From Candidatus Woesebacteria bacterium (lineage in GTDB: Bacteria; Patescibacteriota; Microgenomatia; UBA8517): a DNA stretch of 64,000 nucleotides. The translations under genes and the position numbers were made by a program. Position 1 is the first letter of the stretch; every line of letters begins with the position of its first letter. The stretch spans positions 564,790-628,789 of the forward strand of contig OY970314.1 in the NCBI GenBank assembly GCA_963716475.1, written 5' to 3'. Positions 48,031 to 57,113 of this stretch are shown piece after piece. The notes beneath the pieces were generated by a model, which was not told where the DNA came from, did not search any database, and saw only the letters and a list, made by a program, of their open reading frames with translations.

Positions 48031-49155
48031 TTACTTGCTGTCAAGAGCATCCCGAAGTTTCTCCATATCTGATCGAATCTTATTCATAAGAATTGAGTAA
48101 AAACGTAAATTGTGAATAGTCGCCAGGCGTCCCGCAGTAAAATCTCCGATACGAAATAGGTGTGCGAGGTATGCTTTTGAGTACTTTTTACAAAGGAGGC
48201 AGTCGCAGGCTGAGCTTACGGGAGAATCGTCCGACAAATGTTTTACTCCTTCGGGGTTGTAAAATGAATAAAAATTCGATTCATCTATATCAATGTTATC
48301 GATAGAGATGGCGTTATAGACATAAAGCCTGCCGTGCCGCGCGTCGCGGGTAGGAAGGACACAATCAAAAATGTTGTATCCAAGTCGTGCACAAGCAACA
48401 ATATCATCAGGCTTCCCTATTCCAAGCCCATAAAGAAAATAATTTTTAGGTGCACAGGCGGCAATAGTTTTTGCCGAATCAAAGTCAAATTTCCCCTCAC
48501 CGGTCATAGGCCAGCCGCCGTAACCGAATCCGTCAAAACCGATCTTGGCAAGCTCTGCCGCGCAATATTTTCTTAGATCCTGGAAACGACCGCCCTGAAC
48601 CACACCCAAAATATAGGGGCTGTCTCTCTTTGCAAGTTTTTTCTTTTTACATATTCTTAAAAATTCCTCTTTGCTCCGCCTTGCCCATGTGATCGTCCGC
48701 TCAACGGACTGTCTTGCCTCCGTCTTCCCGGCTTTTGGGTCGGTAAAATCGTCAAGCACAACAACCATATCCGGCTTAAGACTCATTTGAAATTCAACAG
48801 ATTTTTCCGGAGTCAGAATAACCTTATGATTCTTAGAGGGATAAAGGATAATACCCTGGTCGGTTATTTTTCCTTTCATTGCACCGGACTTAATCACGGA
48901 CATTACCTGAAAACCCCCAGAATCGGAAATTATTCCGCCGTGCCAATCCATAAAATTTCCTATTCCTCCAAATCTCTCCATGAGTTCATCTCCAATTTCC
49001 TGCCAAAGATGAAACGTATTCACCAAAACTCCGGTGGTTCTAGTTGCCTCAATGTCCGAAGTATCGAGAGAACGTACAACCGCCCGTGTGGCATCAGGGA
49101 AAAAAACAGGAAGCGGGATGCTTTGTCCGTGTGACTTAAAAAATTTTTGCGTCAT
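48031..49155 (-). CDS. tgt: tRNA-guanine transglycosylase
   Basis: NTFHL, DSGGFQV.S, VQGG, G.G.PDD, FDCVLPTR.ARHG, Zn site CDCLLC...H. Confidence 0.92.
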   Translation of the reverse strand: MTQKFFKSHGQSIPLPVFFPDATRAVVRSLDTSDIEATRTTGVLVNTFHLWQEIGDELMERFGGIGNFMDWHGGIISDSGGFQVMSVIKSGAMKGKITDQGIILYPSKNHKVILTPEKSVEFQMSLKPDMVVVLDDFTDPKAGKTEARQSVERTITWARRSKEEFLRICKKKKLAKRDSPYILGVVQGGRFQDLRKYCAAELAKIGFDGFGYGGWPMTGEGKFDFDSAKTIAACAPKNYFLYGLGIGKPDDIVACARLGYNIFDCVLPTRDARHGRLYVYNAISIDNIDIDESNFYSFYNPEGVKHLSDDSPVSSACDCLLCKKYSKAYLAHLFRIGDFTAGRLATIHNLRFYSILMNKIRSDMEKLRDALDSK

Positions 49156-49697
49156 ATATGGAAAATTTTTAGGATACCAAATCCGACATAGGCCAGAATT
49201 ACAAATTTAATAAGTTTTCCGCTAAACACTGCAATTAAGTACTTGCGGATGGAAATTCCCGAGGCACCCGAAACGATTCCCGCCAGATCAAAAAAAGGAT
49301 TAGGAATAACGGCTAAAATAAAAACTACCCAAAGCCCATATTTGTCCATCCATTTCCTAACTTTGTCGATATTTTTATTATTCTCGACCAACTCTCCGCC
49401 CCCGACCCCCGTGTAATATCCGGTAAGTTCGCCAATTGTGGATCCCGCAGCCGAGACTGTCCCGGCCAAAAGCGGATTAAGAAAAGCCCCCGCAGCAATT
49501 GTTGTAACAAGCGCGGGGACGGGTAAAATAATTGTCGCAGAACCAATCAGGTTAATAATAAAAAGACCAAAATAACCAAGATTTTGGAGATTTGTAGCCC
49601 GGTTTCCTATAAAGTATGCCAAAACTCCAAAACCCAGGGAAAGAATTAATATCAGAAGCCCAAAGTGCTTTTTAGATAATTTAATCTTGAACATCAC
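49152..49697 (-). CDS. DedA/VTT (SNARE-associated) membrane protein
   Basis: LPVP, GSTIGELTGY..G, IPNPFFDLAG..SG, GKLIK. Confidence 0.85.
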   Translation of the reverse strand: MMFKIKLSKKHFGLLILILSLGFGVLAYFIGNRATNLQNLGYFGLFIINLIGSATIILPVPALVTTIAAGAFLNPLLAGTVSAAGSTIGELTGYYTGVGGGELVENNKNIDKVRKWMDKYGLWVVFILAVIPNPFFDLAGIVSGASGISIRKYLIAVFSGKLIKFVILAYVGFGILKIFHI

Positions 49698-50203
49698 TCA
49701 ACCGCCAGAAGTTCTACTTCAAAAATTAATGTTGCACCCCCTGGAATTACCCCCGGAATTCCCTGATCCCCGTATCCCAAAGACGAAGGAATTGTAAGTT
49801 TCCTTTTTCCCCCAACTTTCATACCGGCTACTCCCTGATCCCAACCCTGAATGACTTCTCCGGCTCCGAGATTGAAACTAAACGGCGTCCCGTGGTCATA
49901 GGAACTATCAAATTTTGTTCTGTCAGCCAAAGTCCCAATATAATTAACAGTTACTTTCTTACCGGCGGCGGCAGTTGCACCCGTGCCGACTGTTTCGTCT
50001 AGAATAATCAATTTATTTTCTTGTACCATGGGTTTTGCGGAAGCTGTTGCAGTTGGCTCCGTAGTACTTTCGATTGTAGCGGTTGGAGGCTGTGTTGCCA
50101 ATGGCTGATTATTCGATGATCCTTTTGAAGAGAAGAGAGCAATTCCTCCGATGATAAGAAGCACTACAAGGAAAATTGTTGCGAATAAATATTTTTTATT
50201 CAT
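49694..50203 (-). CDS. FKBP-type peptidyl-prolyl isomerase, N-terminal TM and P/T linker
   Basis: VNYIGTL...KFDSS, VIQGWDQG..GMKVGGKRKL.IP..LGYG, TLIFEVEL; TGaTATAAT 6 nt upstream. Confidence 0.95.
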   Translation of the reverse strand: MNKKYLFATIFLVVLLIIGGIALFSSKGSSNNQPLATQPPTATIESTTEPTATASAKPMVQENKLIILDETVGTGATAAAGKKVTVNYIGTLADRTKFDSSYDHGTPFSFNLGAGEVIQGWDQGVAGMKVGGKRKLTIPSSLGYGDQGIPGVIPGGATLIFEVELLAVE

Positions 50204-50249
50204 TGGGAAATTATATCAGATTTATTTCAAAAGCATATAAGGGTAACTC

Positions 50250-50870
50250 TTATATTTTCTCTAACCGACAGGTATCTCCGTCGATATACAAGTATTGTTT
50301 ATTATTTAAAAGAATAACTTCAACGTCCTCAACATAGATTGTATCAAAACTCTTTCCGTATTCTACTTTAAAATCCGAACTTCCCCAATGAGGCAAAATG
50401 GCAAAATCGACAATTTCTAATCCGTCGGATTTTAAATCGGGTGCTTTGGATCTATCGTCAATTTTAGAAACTAAATCAATTCTTTTACCAACAATCATTG
50501 AACCCGCACTTGAACCAATATATAAACAGCCATCTGCAATTTTTTTCTTAAGAATTTTATCAAAACCTGTTTTTACTGTTTGATCCAAAAGATAAAAGGT
50601 GTTTCCTCCGCAAACAAAAATACCGTTTTTGCCTTTCATTTTTTCTTCCAATTGGGAAGTATCCATCCCGGTAATTGAGAATTCATCGACATCAAAACCC
50701 AATTTAATAAGTTTCTCTTTATCGGCTGTTACCCACCAGTGTTCCCCGTCTTCAACCTCGGAAGCCGTGGTAATAAAAGCCAATTTATAAAAGTTTGGCT
50801 TTTGATGTAAATGTTTTACAACATCCTCCAAAACCATATCTGCACTCGAAGTTAAAAAAAGTTGTTTCAT
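50250..50870 (-). CDS. pepE: peptidase E / S51 family dipeptidase
   Basis: FITTA, GGNTFYL, GSSAG nucleophile motif, LPH; start ATG 50870 just after the secA stop. Confidence 0.83.
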   Translation of the reverse strand: MKQLFLTSSADMVLEDVVKHLHQKPNFYKLAFITTASEVEDGEHWWVTADKEKLIKLGFDVDEFSITGMDTSQLEEKMKGKNGIFVCGGNTFYLLDQTVKTGFDKILKKKIADGCLYIGSSAGSMIVGKRIDLVSKIDDRSKAPDLKSDGLEIVDFAILPHWGSSDFKVEYGKSFDTIYVEDVEVILLNNKQYLYIDGDTCRLEKI

Positions 50871-50875
50871 TTTAT

Positions 50876-53596
50876 TTATCCAAGCTGTGGATAGTGGCAC
50901 TTCTTCCACTTTTTGCCGCTTCCGCACCAGCATGGATCGTTGCGGCCCAGCTTACGGCCCGGCGTTTGGGACCCGTCGCCCGACGGAAAAGCTTTTTGGC
51001 CTGATTTGGCCGTCTCTTCGGCATTCCCGGAAAGACCTGTTGTATCAGACCTGTCAATATTTTCGCGGGCAAGGTTAAGTGGAATTTCGGGCTGTGGCAT
51101 GGCTACCCCGATTCTAAAAATCCTATGGGAAAGTTCTTCGTCGACTCGGTCAACTAAACGCTCAAATAAATTGTATGCTTCATTTTTAAACTCGACCAAA
51201 GGATCACGCTGCCCATAAGCTCTCAGGGTTACACCTTCACGAAGGTCATCGATGTGGTCAATGTGATCCATCCAAAGATGATCGATAGATCCCAGATAGG
51301 CATATTTTTCAACCTCACGCATAACAGATGGTCCCAGATCTTTTTCTCTTTTTTCATAAACGTCCTTTAGGACCGATTCCAGGAAATTCTGAATTTCGTC
51401 CTGAGATTTAAAGGCCGAGGTTTGTGAAGCGATTCTCTTGAGCGAAGCATCATCGAAAGGAATTATTTCGGCAAGTCCGATACCCAACCTTTCATAATCA
51501 AATTTTTCATCAACCACGGATTTGCCCATAAGAATGTTTTTTTCAATTTGGTGAATGAGTTTTTCCTGAACCTCTTTTTTAACATCGGTAGAGTCCAAAA
51601 TTCTCCGGCGGAGTTTATAAATAATATCCCTTTGCTGATTGGCAACGTCATCAAACTCTACAAGACGTTTACGGATATCAAAATGGAAGCCTTCAACTTT
51701 TACCTGTGCTTGCTCAATAGCTCGGCCTATCAACGCATTTTCAATCGGCTGGTTTTCGGGAAGATTTAGACGACCCATGATTCCTGAGATTTGTTCTCCT
51801 CCGAAAATTCTCATGAGGTCGTCTTCCATCGACAGATAAAATCTGGAAGAACCCGGATCTCCCTGACGCCCTGAGCGGCCTCTGAGTTGATTATCAACAC
51901 GTCTGGCCTCATGCCGTTCGGTTCCTATTACATGAAGACCTCCGGCCTTGACAACTTTTTGATGAGCTTCTTCCCATTTTTTATATTCTTTGGATTTTGT
52001 AAATTCGTCATTGGATATTCCCGCTTTCCTGTCCGGTTGGGCTCCGCCGAGAACTATATCAACACCGCGGCCTGCCATATTTGTGGCAACTGTAACTCCG
52101 CCGATTTTTCCGGCCTCAGCAATAATTTCTGCTTCCCTTTCGTGATTTTTAGCATTTAAAACATTATGGGGAACTTTTTTGTGCTTAAGATATTCGGATA
52201 TTATTTCGTTTTTCTCAATCGATGTAGTTCCGACCAGAACAGGCTGGCCTTTTTTATAACACTCCGAAATTTCTTCGACTATGGCTCCGTATTTGCCGCG
52301 AAGAGTTTTATAAATCACATCTTGCTGGTCTTTTCTGATCATTGGCTGATTGGTCGGCACCACAACTACCTCCAATTTGTAAATCTTTCGAAATTCTTCC
52401 GCCTCGGTTGCGGCTGTACCCGTCATTCCGCTTAAGTGTTCATACATTCTGAAGTAATTCTGGAAGGAAATTGTCGCCAGTGTTTTACTTTCCTGCTGGA
52501 TAGTTACCCCTTCTTTTGCCTCAACTGCCTGATGAAGTCCGTCGCTCCAACGCCTTCCGACCATCAGACGTCCTGTAAACTCATCAACTATTGTTACCTG
52601 ATTATCTTTAACAACATAATCTTTATCCCGGAGGTAGAGAGTTTTTGCTCTGAGAGCATTTTCAATGTGGTGAATTGATTCAAAATCTTTCTCATAAAGG
52701 TTATCTACTCCGAGTATCTTTTCTACTCGAGTAATTCCTGTCTCCGTAAGGGATGCACTTTTGGATTTTTCATCAATTGTGTAGTCGGTATCGGGGTTTA
52801 GTTTATCCACCATTGAGGCAAACGTATAATATTTCTGTGTGGGTTCGGTATCCGGTGCTGAAATAATTAAGGGGGTACGGGCCTCGTCGATTAAAATAGA
52901 ATCAACCTCGTCAACAATCGCAAAATAGTGTCCGCGCTGCACCATTTCGGGGAGAGAACTGACCATGTTGTCCCTAAGGTAATCAAAACCGAATTCATTA
53001 TTTGTTCCGTATAAAATATCGCTTTGATAGGCAAGTTTTCTTTCGGCTGGTTTAAGATGAGCCAGTCTTTCATCACCGTGACTCGAATCGGTAAAGTCGG
53101 GGTCATATGTAAAAGACTTCGTTTCCTGAATAATTGAGCCGACTGTCATTCCCAATAGATGAAATACGGGGGCGTTCCAACCGGCGTCTCTCCTGGCCAG
53201 ATAATCGTTAACAGTAACAAGATGTGCCCCCCGCCCGGTTAAGGCATGAAGATAAAGTGCGGGAACGGCAGAAAGTGTTTTTCCTTCACCCGTTTTTTGT
53301 TCCGCAACCTTGCCTTCAAAAAGAGCAATTGCAGCCATAAGCTGGACATCATAGTGGCGCATTCCCAAGAGGCGATATGAAACCTCCCTTACAACCGCAT
53401 AAGCCTCGGGAAGAAGCTGGTCCAAAGTTTCACCCTTTGCTAAACGGCTTTTAAACTCCTCGGTCTTTTTGACAAAATCCTTATCCTTAAGTTTTTTAAC
53501 TTCGGGTTCAAAAGAGTTTACTTTGGCAACAATTTTTTTAAGTCTGTCGATTTCCCTGGCATTAAGATCCAGGAATCTGGAAAATATATTAAGCAT
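50876..53596 (-). CDS. secA: preprotein translocase ATPase SecA
   Basis: TGEGKT, VTVNDYLA, DEVDSILIDEARTPLIIS, ATNMAGRG, QLRGRSGRQGDPG, SEC-C GRNDPCWCGSGKKWKKCH. Confidence 0.99.
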   Translation of the reverse strand: MLNIFSRFLDLNAREIDRLKKIVAKVNSFEPEVKKLKDKDFVKKTEEFKSRLAKGETLDQLLPEAYAVVREVSYRLLGMRHYDVQLMAAIALFEGKVAEQKTGEGKTLSAVPALYLHALTGRGAHLVTVNDYLARRDAGWNAPVFHLLGMTVGSIIQETKSFTYDPDFTDSSHGDERLAHLKPAERKLAYQSDILYGTNNEFGFDYLRDNMVSSLPEMVQRGHYFAIVDEVDSILIDEARTPLIISAPDTEPTQKYYTFASMVDKLNPDTDYTIDEKSKSASLTETGITRVEKILGVDNLYEKDFESIHHIENALRAKTLYLRDKDYVVKDNQVTIVDEFTGRLMVGRRWSDGLHQAVEAKEGVTIQQESKTLATISFQNYFRMYEHLSGMTGTAATEAEEFRKIYKLEVVVVPTNQPMIRKDQQDVIYKTLRGKYGAIVEEISECYKKGQPVLVGTTSIEKNEIISEYLKHKKVPHNVLNAKNHEREAEIIAEAGKIGGVTVATNMAGRGVDIVLGGAQPDRKAGISNDEFTKSKEYKKWEEAHQKVVKAGGLHVIGTERHEARRVDNQLRGRSGRQGDPGSSRFYLSMEDDLMRIFGGEQISGIMGRLNLPENQPIENALIGRAIEQAQVKVEGFHFDIRKRLVEFDDVANQQRDIIYKLRRRILDSTDVKKEVQEKLIHQIEKNILMGKSVVDEKFDYERLGIGLAEIIPFDDASLKRIASQTSAFKSQDEIQNFLESVLKDVYEKREKDLGPSVMREVEKYAYLGSIDHLWMDHIDHIDDLREGVTLRAYGQRDPLVEFKNEAYNLFERLVDRVDEELSHRIFRIGVAMPQPEIPLNLARENIDRSDTTGLSGNAEETAKSGQKAFPSGDGSQTPGRKLGRNDPCWCGSGKKWKKCHYPQLG

Positions 53597-53613
53597 CGTT
53601 ATCTATTGTATCA

Positions 53614-53647
53614 GAATAAAACTACGCTGCTAAACACAGCGTAGTTT
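53614..53647 (-). terminator. intrinsic terminator after the spermidine-synthase-like gene
   Basis: 11-bp stem AAACTACGCTG/CAGCGTAGTTT, 7-nt loop, ending in TTTTATTC on the minus strand. Confidence 0.65.
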
Positions 53648-53710
53648 GGCGCCTAGTGTGGATTTGTATTTTGCACTTGAAGCCAAACTCCCCCGATATT
53701 AATTGAAAAA

Positions 53711-54322
53711 TTATGATCGGCATAAGAACAATAAATTGGCTTCAGGATAAAACCATTCTACTTTGGAAAATATCTTCTGCAATTTATTCCCGAACTTGAC
53801 CGCTTCCGGACGTTTATCACCATAATAAGTTCGATTGAATACCGCAACTCCCTGCTGCCTAAGAGATGTCTTCACCTTATTCAGAAATTCTTCATTCCCA
53901 AACTTTTTGGGAAACTTGTCACCATTGTAGAGATCAATAATTATTAAATCGGCCTTTTCATCAAAATCATAGGCATCTTGAACTTCTATGCCGACGTTTA
54001 TTTTATCCAGTCCTAAATACTTTTTCCCGAGTTCAATCATGACAGGATCGATATCGACCCCCATAATTTCTGCTTCCGGCCAAAGCAGTCTTACATATTT
54101 CGCAGCAGTTCCTCCACCCAAGCCCAGTATTAAACAACTTTTGACTGTCAACTTTTCACTTTTAACTTTTTTAAGAGTCGGTTTCCAGATTACGTTGACA
54201 ATCCCGCCCGACTGTGTAAGTCCTTCGGCTTGAATATAAGTTCCAAATCCCAAACTTCGTAACACCTTCAGGTGCCCATTACACTTCGATTCCCTTTCTT
54301 CCAAAACTTTTGTCCCAAGCAT
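53711..54322 (-). CDS. spermidine-synthase-like SAM-dependent methyltransferase-fold protein
   Basis: LILGLGGG, VDIDPVMI..GK.Y, QDA, DLIIIDLY; TATAAT 5 nt upstream. Confidence 0.78.
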   Translation of the reverse strand: MLGTKVLEERESKCNGHLKVLRSLGFGTYIQAEGLTQSGGIVNVIWKPTLKKVKSEKLTVKSCLILGLGGGTAAKYVRLLWPEAEIMGVDIDPVMIELGKKYLGLDKINVGIEVQDAYDFDEKADLIIIDLYNGDKFPKKFGNEEFLNKVKTSLRQQGVAVFNRTYYGDKRPEAVKFGNKLQKIFSKVEWFYPEANLLFLCRS

Positions 54323-54360
54323 AATTAATTATAGCGTAAGCTGGGGCGCACACTTGTTTC

Positions 54361-54397
54361 GTCCGCCTGCATCGCTATGCGAAACATTGCGGGCAGG
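54361..54397. repeat. GC-rich REP-like palindrome in divergent intergenic region
   Basis: GCCTGCA(54365-71)...TGCGGGC(54388-94) enclosing TCGC-tat-GCGA. Confidence 0.45.
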
Positions 54398-54433
54398 GGT
54401 TTTATTTGGGTTTTATTAGGTTATAATACAGCT

Positions 54434-55594
54434 ATGACAAATATACCACTCCCGGAACTTCTTAGACCGAAAACGCTTAAGGACTTTGTCGGCCAGGAAG
54501 ATTTGGTCGGAACAGGCGGAATTATAAGAAAACTTCTTAAAACAAAAGATTTTTTTCCGTCTTTAATTTTTTGGGGGCCACCGGGATCCGGAAAAACTAC
54601 TCTGGCAAGAATAATAGCCAATACACTAAAACGGGAGTTTTTTGAATTCTCCGCAGTTAATACCAAAGTAAAGGACATCGAGGCTTTGATACAAGATAAG
54701 AAACAATTGAAACTGCTTAATTCCCCGATTGTTTTTCTTGACGAAATTCACAGATTTAACAAGGCCCAGCAGGACAAGCTTCTTCCGCACGTAGAACATG
54801 GCGACATAATTTTGATCGGCGCCACTACCGAAAATCCTTCTTTCGAAGTAATCAGTCCGCTTCTCTCGCGTACACGGGTTCTCGTTCTTAATCAATTGAG
54901 TGAAAAGGATCTGTTTAAAATTTTGGATAAAGCATTAAAACACGTAAAGAAAAAATTGAATAAAGAATCGGAAAAATTCTTGCTGGAAGCCGCAGACGGA
55001 GACGCGCGGGTAATGCTCAATGTTTTGGAAATCGCGGCAAGTCTTGTTAATACTCCGACAATAAAAATTCCGGACCTGGAAACTGCACTCCAAAGAAGAC
55101 AATACACTTTTGATAAACGCGGGGAAGATTTCTATAACGTAATTTCGGCATTTATTAAATCTATGCGGGCAAGTGATGTGGATGCAGCGCTTTACTACCT
55201 GGCCCGGATGGTCGCGGCAGGACAGGACCCGCTTTATATTGCCAGACGGATGGTTGTTTTTGCTTCGGAGGATGTGGCCTCCCCAACGGCTCTCGTTGTT
55301 GCCAATGCGGTATTCCAAGCGTGTGACGAAATCGGTTTTCCGGAGTGTCAGGAAAACTTGGCAGCGGGAGTGGTATATCTAGCTACCGCCAAAAAAGACC
55401 GCTCGGCTTATACCGCTTATATGGAAGCTCTTGCCGACGTAAATCAATACGGCAATCTTCCTGTTCCTCTTAAGATTAGAAATCCGGTTACAAAATTAAT
55501 GAAAGAGGTCGGCTATGGAGAGGGTTACGAAAAATACGACACCCAAAGCTACTTGCCGGAAAAATTAAGCGGTAAAAAGTATTTCAGAAAATAA
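54434..55594 (+). CDS. rarA: replication-associated recombination protein A (AAA+ ATPase)
   Basis: [55 protein letters not shown]; TATAAT 6 nt before ATG 54434. Confidence 0.95.
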   Translation: MTNIPLPELLRPKTLKDFVGQEDLVGTGGIIRKLLKTKDFFPSLIFWGPPGSGKTTLARIIANTLKREFFEFSAVNTKVKDIEALIQDKKQLKLLNSPIVFLDEIHRFNKAQQDKLLPHVEHGDIILIGATTENPSFEVISPLLSRTRVLVLNQLSEKDLFKILDKALKHVKKKLNKESEKFLLEAADGDARVMLNVLEIAASLVNTPTIKIPDLETALQRRQYTFDKRGEDFYNVISAFIKSMRASDVDAALYYLARMVAAGQDPLYIARRMVVFASEDVASPTALVVANAVFQACDEIGFPECQENLAAGVVYLATAKKDRSAYTAYMEALADVNQYGNLPVPLKIRNPVTKLMKEVGYGEGYEKYDTQSYLPEKLSGKKYFRK

Positions 55595-55651
55595 TACTCA
55601 AATTACCTGTTGAAATCTTCTTTTTTCTCGCTATCCTTTAATTGATACAGC

Positions 55652-55816
55652 ATGGAGCGAGAACCCAACCCTTTAACCCTTTTCCAACAACTAATTAATA
55701 AGCTTCCCTTAAATCCGCTTCCAGAAATCCCCAGAACAAACGGATCAAAACCGGCAGAACTTCTAAGAATTGCCGAACAGTGCAAAAAACATTTCAAAAG
55801 AGATGGGAGAAAATAA
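55652..55816 (+). CDS. small hypothetical protein (54 aa, MEREPNPLTLFQQLINKL...)
   Basis: Below the track cutoff; fills the rarA-Ham1 gap; preceded by TTGAAA-16-TATCCT. Confidence 0.45.
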   Translation: MEREPNPLTLFQQLINKLPLNPLPEIPRTNGSKPAELLRIAEQCKKHFKRDGRK

Positions 55817-55834
55817 CTTCAAAAATGTGGGTCT

Positions 55835-56449
55835 CTAAGAATTAGACTCCCTCAAAAACTTTGCCAATCTCTCTGCCACAGGTCTTTTGTGGCTGTGCGA
55901 TTTTAATTCTTCTTCTGTCAGCTCGGCATATGTTTTTCCCAGCTCGGGAAGGAAGTGTATTGTCCTAAACGGGTATCCCGGAATTAATACCGGCCCCGGG
56001 ACTTCGGCAATTACACCCGGCGAGTGCGCAATGTCTTCAAAAATTATTTTTCCTCCGGGGTCGGAAAGAGCCGCTGCTGAAGTCAATTTAACTGTCCTTT
56101 TTTCCAATGGAACTCCTTTCATTTTTTCTAAAACTATCTCAATTAAATCCTGATCTGTTCCTTCTTTCCCGCCTGGCAAAATTCTTCTGCTTTTTGTCCC
56201 CGGCCAGCCGCCAAGATAATCTATCTCGTAACCCCCGTCATCAGCAAAAACAAACTGATTTGTGTACTTTGCATACCACGAAGCTTTAATTCTCGCATTA
56301 TCTACAAAGGTTTCTCCGGTCTCTTCGGGTTCGGGAATATGGCTGAATCTAAAAAGGTCATCCGTCCCAATTCCAAATTCTTGGAAAAAGGATCTCCATT
56401 CGTTAACTTTACCGATATTTTTCGAGCCGATTACTATTCTTTCCGTCAT
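55835..56449 (-). CDS. Ham1/RdgB-family non-canonical purine NTP pyrophosphatase (divergent)
   Basis: N.GK..E, EETGETF.DNA.IKA, ADDGG..ID.L.G.PG..S.R, GKTYAEL, SH; start ATG 56449. Confidence 0.85.
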   Translation of the reverse strand: MTERIVIGSKNIGKVNEWRSFFQEFGIGTDDLFRFSHIPEPEETGETFVDNARIKASWYAKYTNQFVFADDGGYEIDYLGGWPGTKSRRILPGGKEGTDQDLIEIVLEKMKGVPLEKRTVKLTSAAALSDPGGKIIFEDIAHSPGVIAEVPGPVLIPGYPFRTIHFLPELGKTYAELTEEELKSHSHKRPVAERLAKFLRESNS

Positions 56450-56519
56450 GACATTTATTAAATGACATATCAATATTCAAGTCAATTCTAAATTGAATAC
56501 AGAAAATTCTTGAAAATTG

Positions 56520-57110
56520 TTATAATCCTAAATCTTTGGAGATATTCTGCATTGCTTTCAGGGCAATTGCAATGAAGTTGTTAAGTTTAATCCCCAATTT
56601 TTCCTCACACATTTCAATCTGTTCTCTTTTTACTCCCGCCGCAAAACTTTTTGAATCCCATTTACTTAAAATATTTTCAACCGTAACTGATGCCAATTTC
56701 TTTTCGGGACGGACTAAAGTTACCGCAACGATTAGCCCCGTCAGCTCATCGCAACAAAAGAGAGACCATTCCAAATTATTTTTGGGCGGATTTTGTCCTG
56801 TATGGGAAAAGTTGTGGGATAAGATTGCATCTAAAATTTCTTTATCGGTCTCTCCTTTTTCTTTAAGCCACTCCGCCATTAATATCGTATGTTTTTCGGG
56901 AGTAGCTTTTGTTTCCTCGTAATCTCCGTCATGAAGAAGTCCGACGACTTCCCACTTGTCCGCCACAGCTTTAGCGTCGGCGGATTTATCCTTACTCGCA
57001 AAATATACGGCAAGTGATCGCATCACAGCCGCAACAGCGTAACAATGCTTACGCAAATTCTGCGACTGCATTTTTGAGTGCAGAAGTTTAAGTGCTTGCT
57101 CCCTGGTCAT
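56520..57110 (-). CDS. HD/HDIG-domain phosphohydrolase
   Basis: KHC.AV..VM, GLLHD.DYE, H, AILSH, DELTGLI.A..LVRP, FAAGV.R. Confidence 0.88.
   Translation of the reverse strand: MTREQALKLLHSKMQSQNLRKHCYAVAAVMRSLAVYFASKDKSADAKAVADKWEVVGLLHDGDYEETKATPEKHTILMAEWLKEKGETDKEILDAILSHNFSHTGQNPPKNNLEWSLFCCDELTGLIVAVTLVRPEKKLASVTVENILSKWDSKSFAAGVKREQIEMCEEKLGIKLNNFIAIALKAMQNISKDLGL
56958..56985. repeat. palindromic element in frame inside the HD gene
   Basis: GTCCGCC-ACAGCTTTAGCGTC-GGCGGAT, encoding KSADAKAVADK on the minus strand. Confidence 0.5.
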
Positions 57111-57113
57111 CAG

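Noticed and set aside
50871-50933. pepE extension overlapping the secA 3' end; likewise the rarA extension 54377-54433
   Set aside because: Family homology starts at the downstream ATGs (50870 and 54434), which have better start context
55603-55797. 64-aa minus-strand ORF
   Set aside because: TTG start, no initiation signal, no motif; the plus-strand 54-aa ORF is better supported
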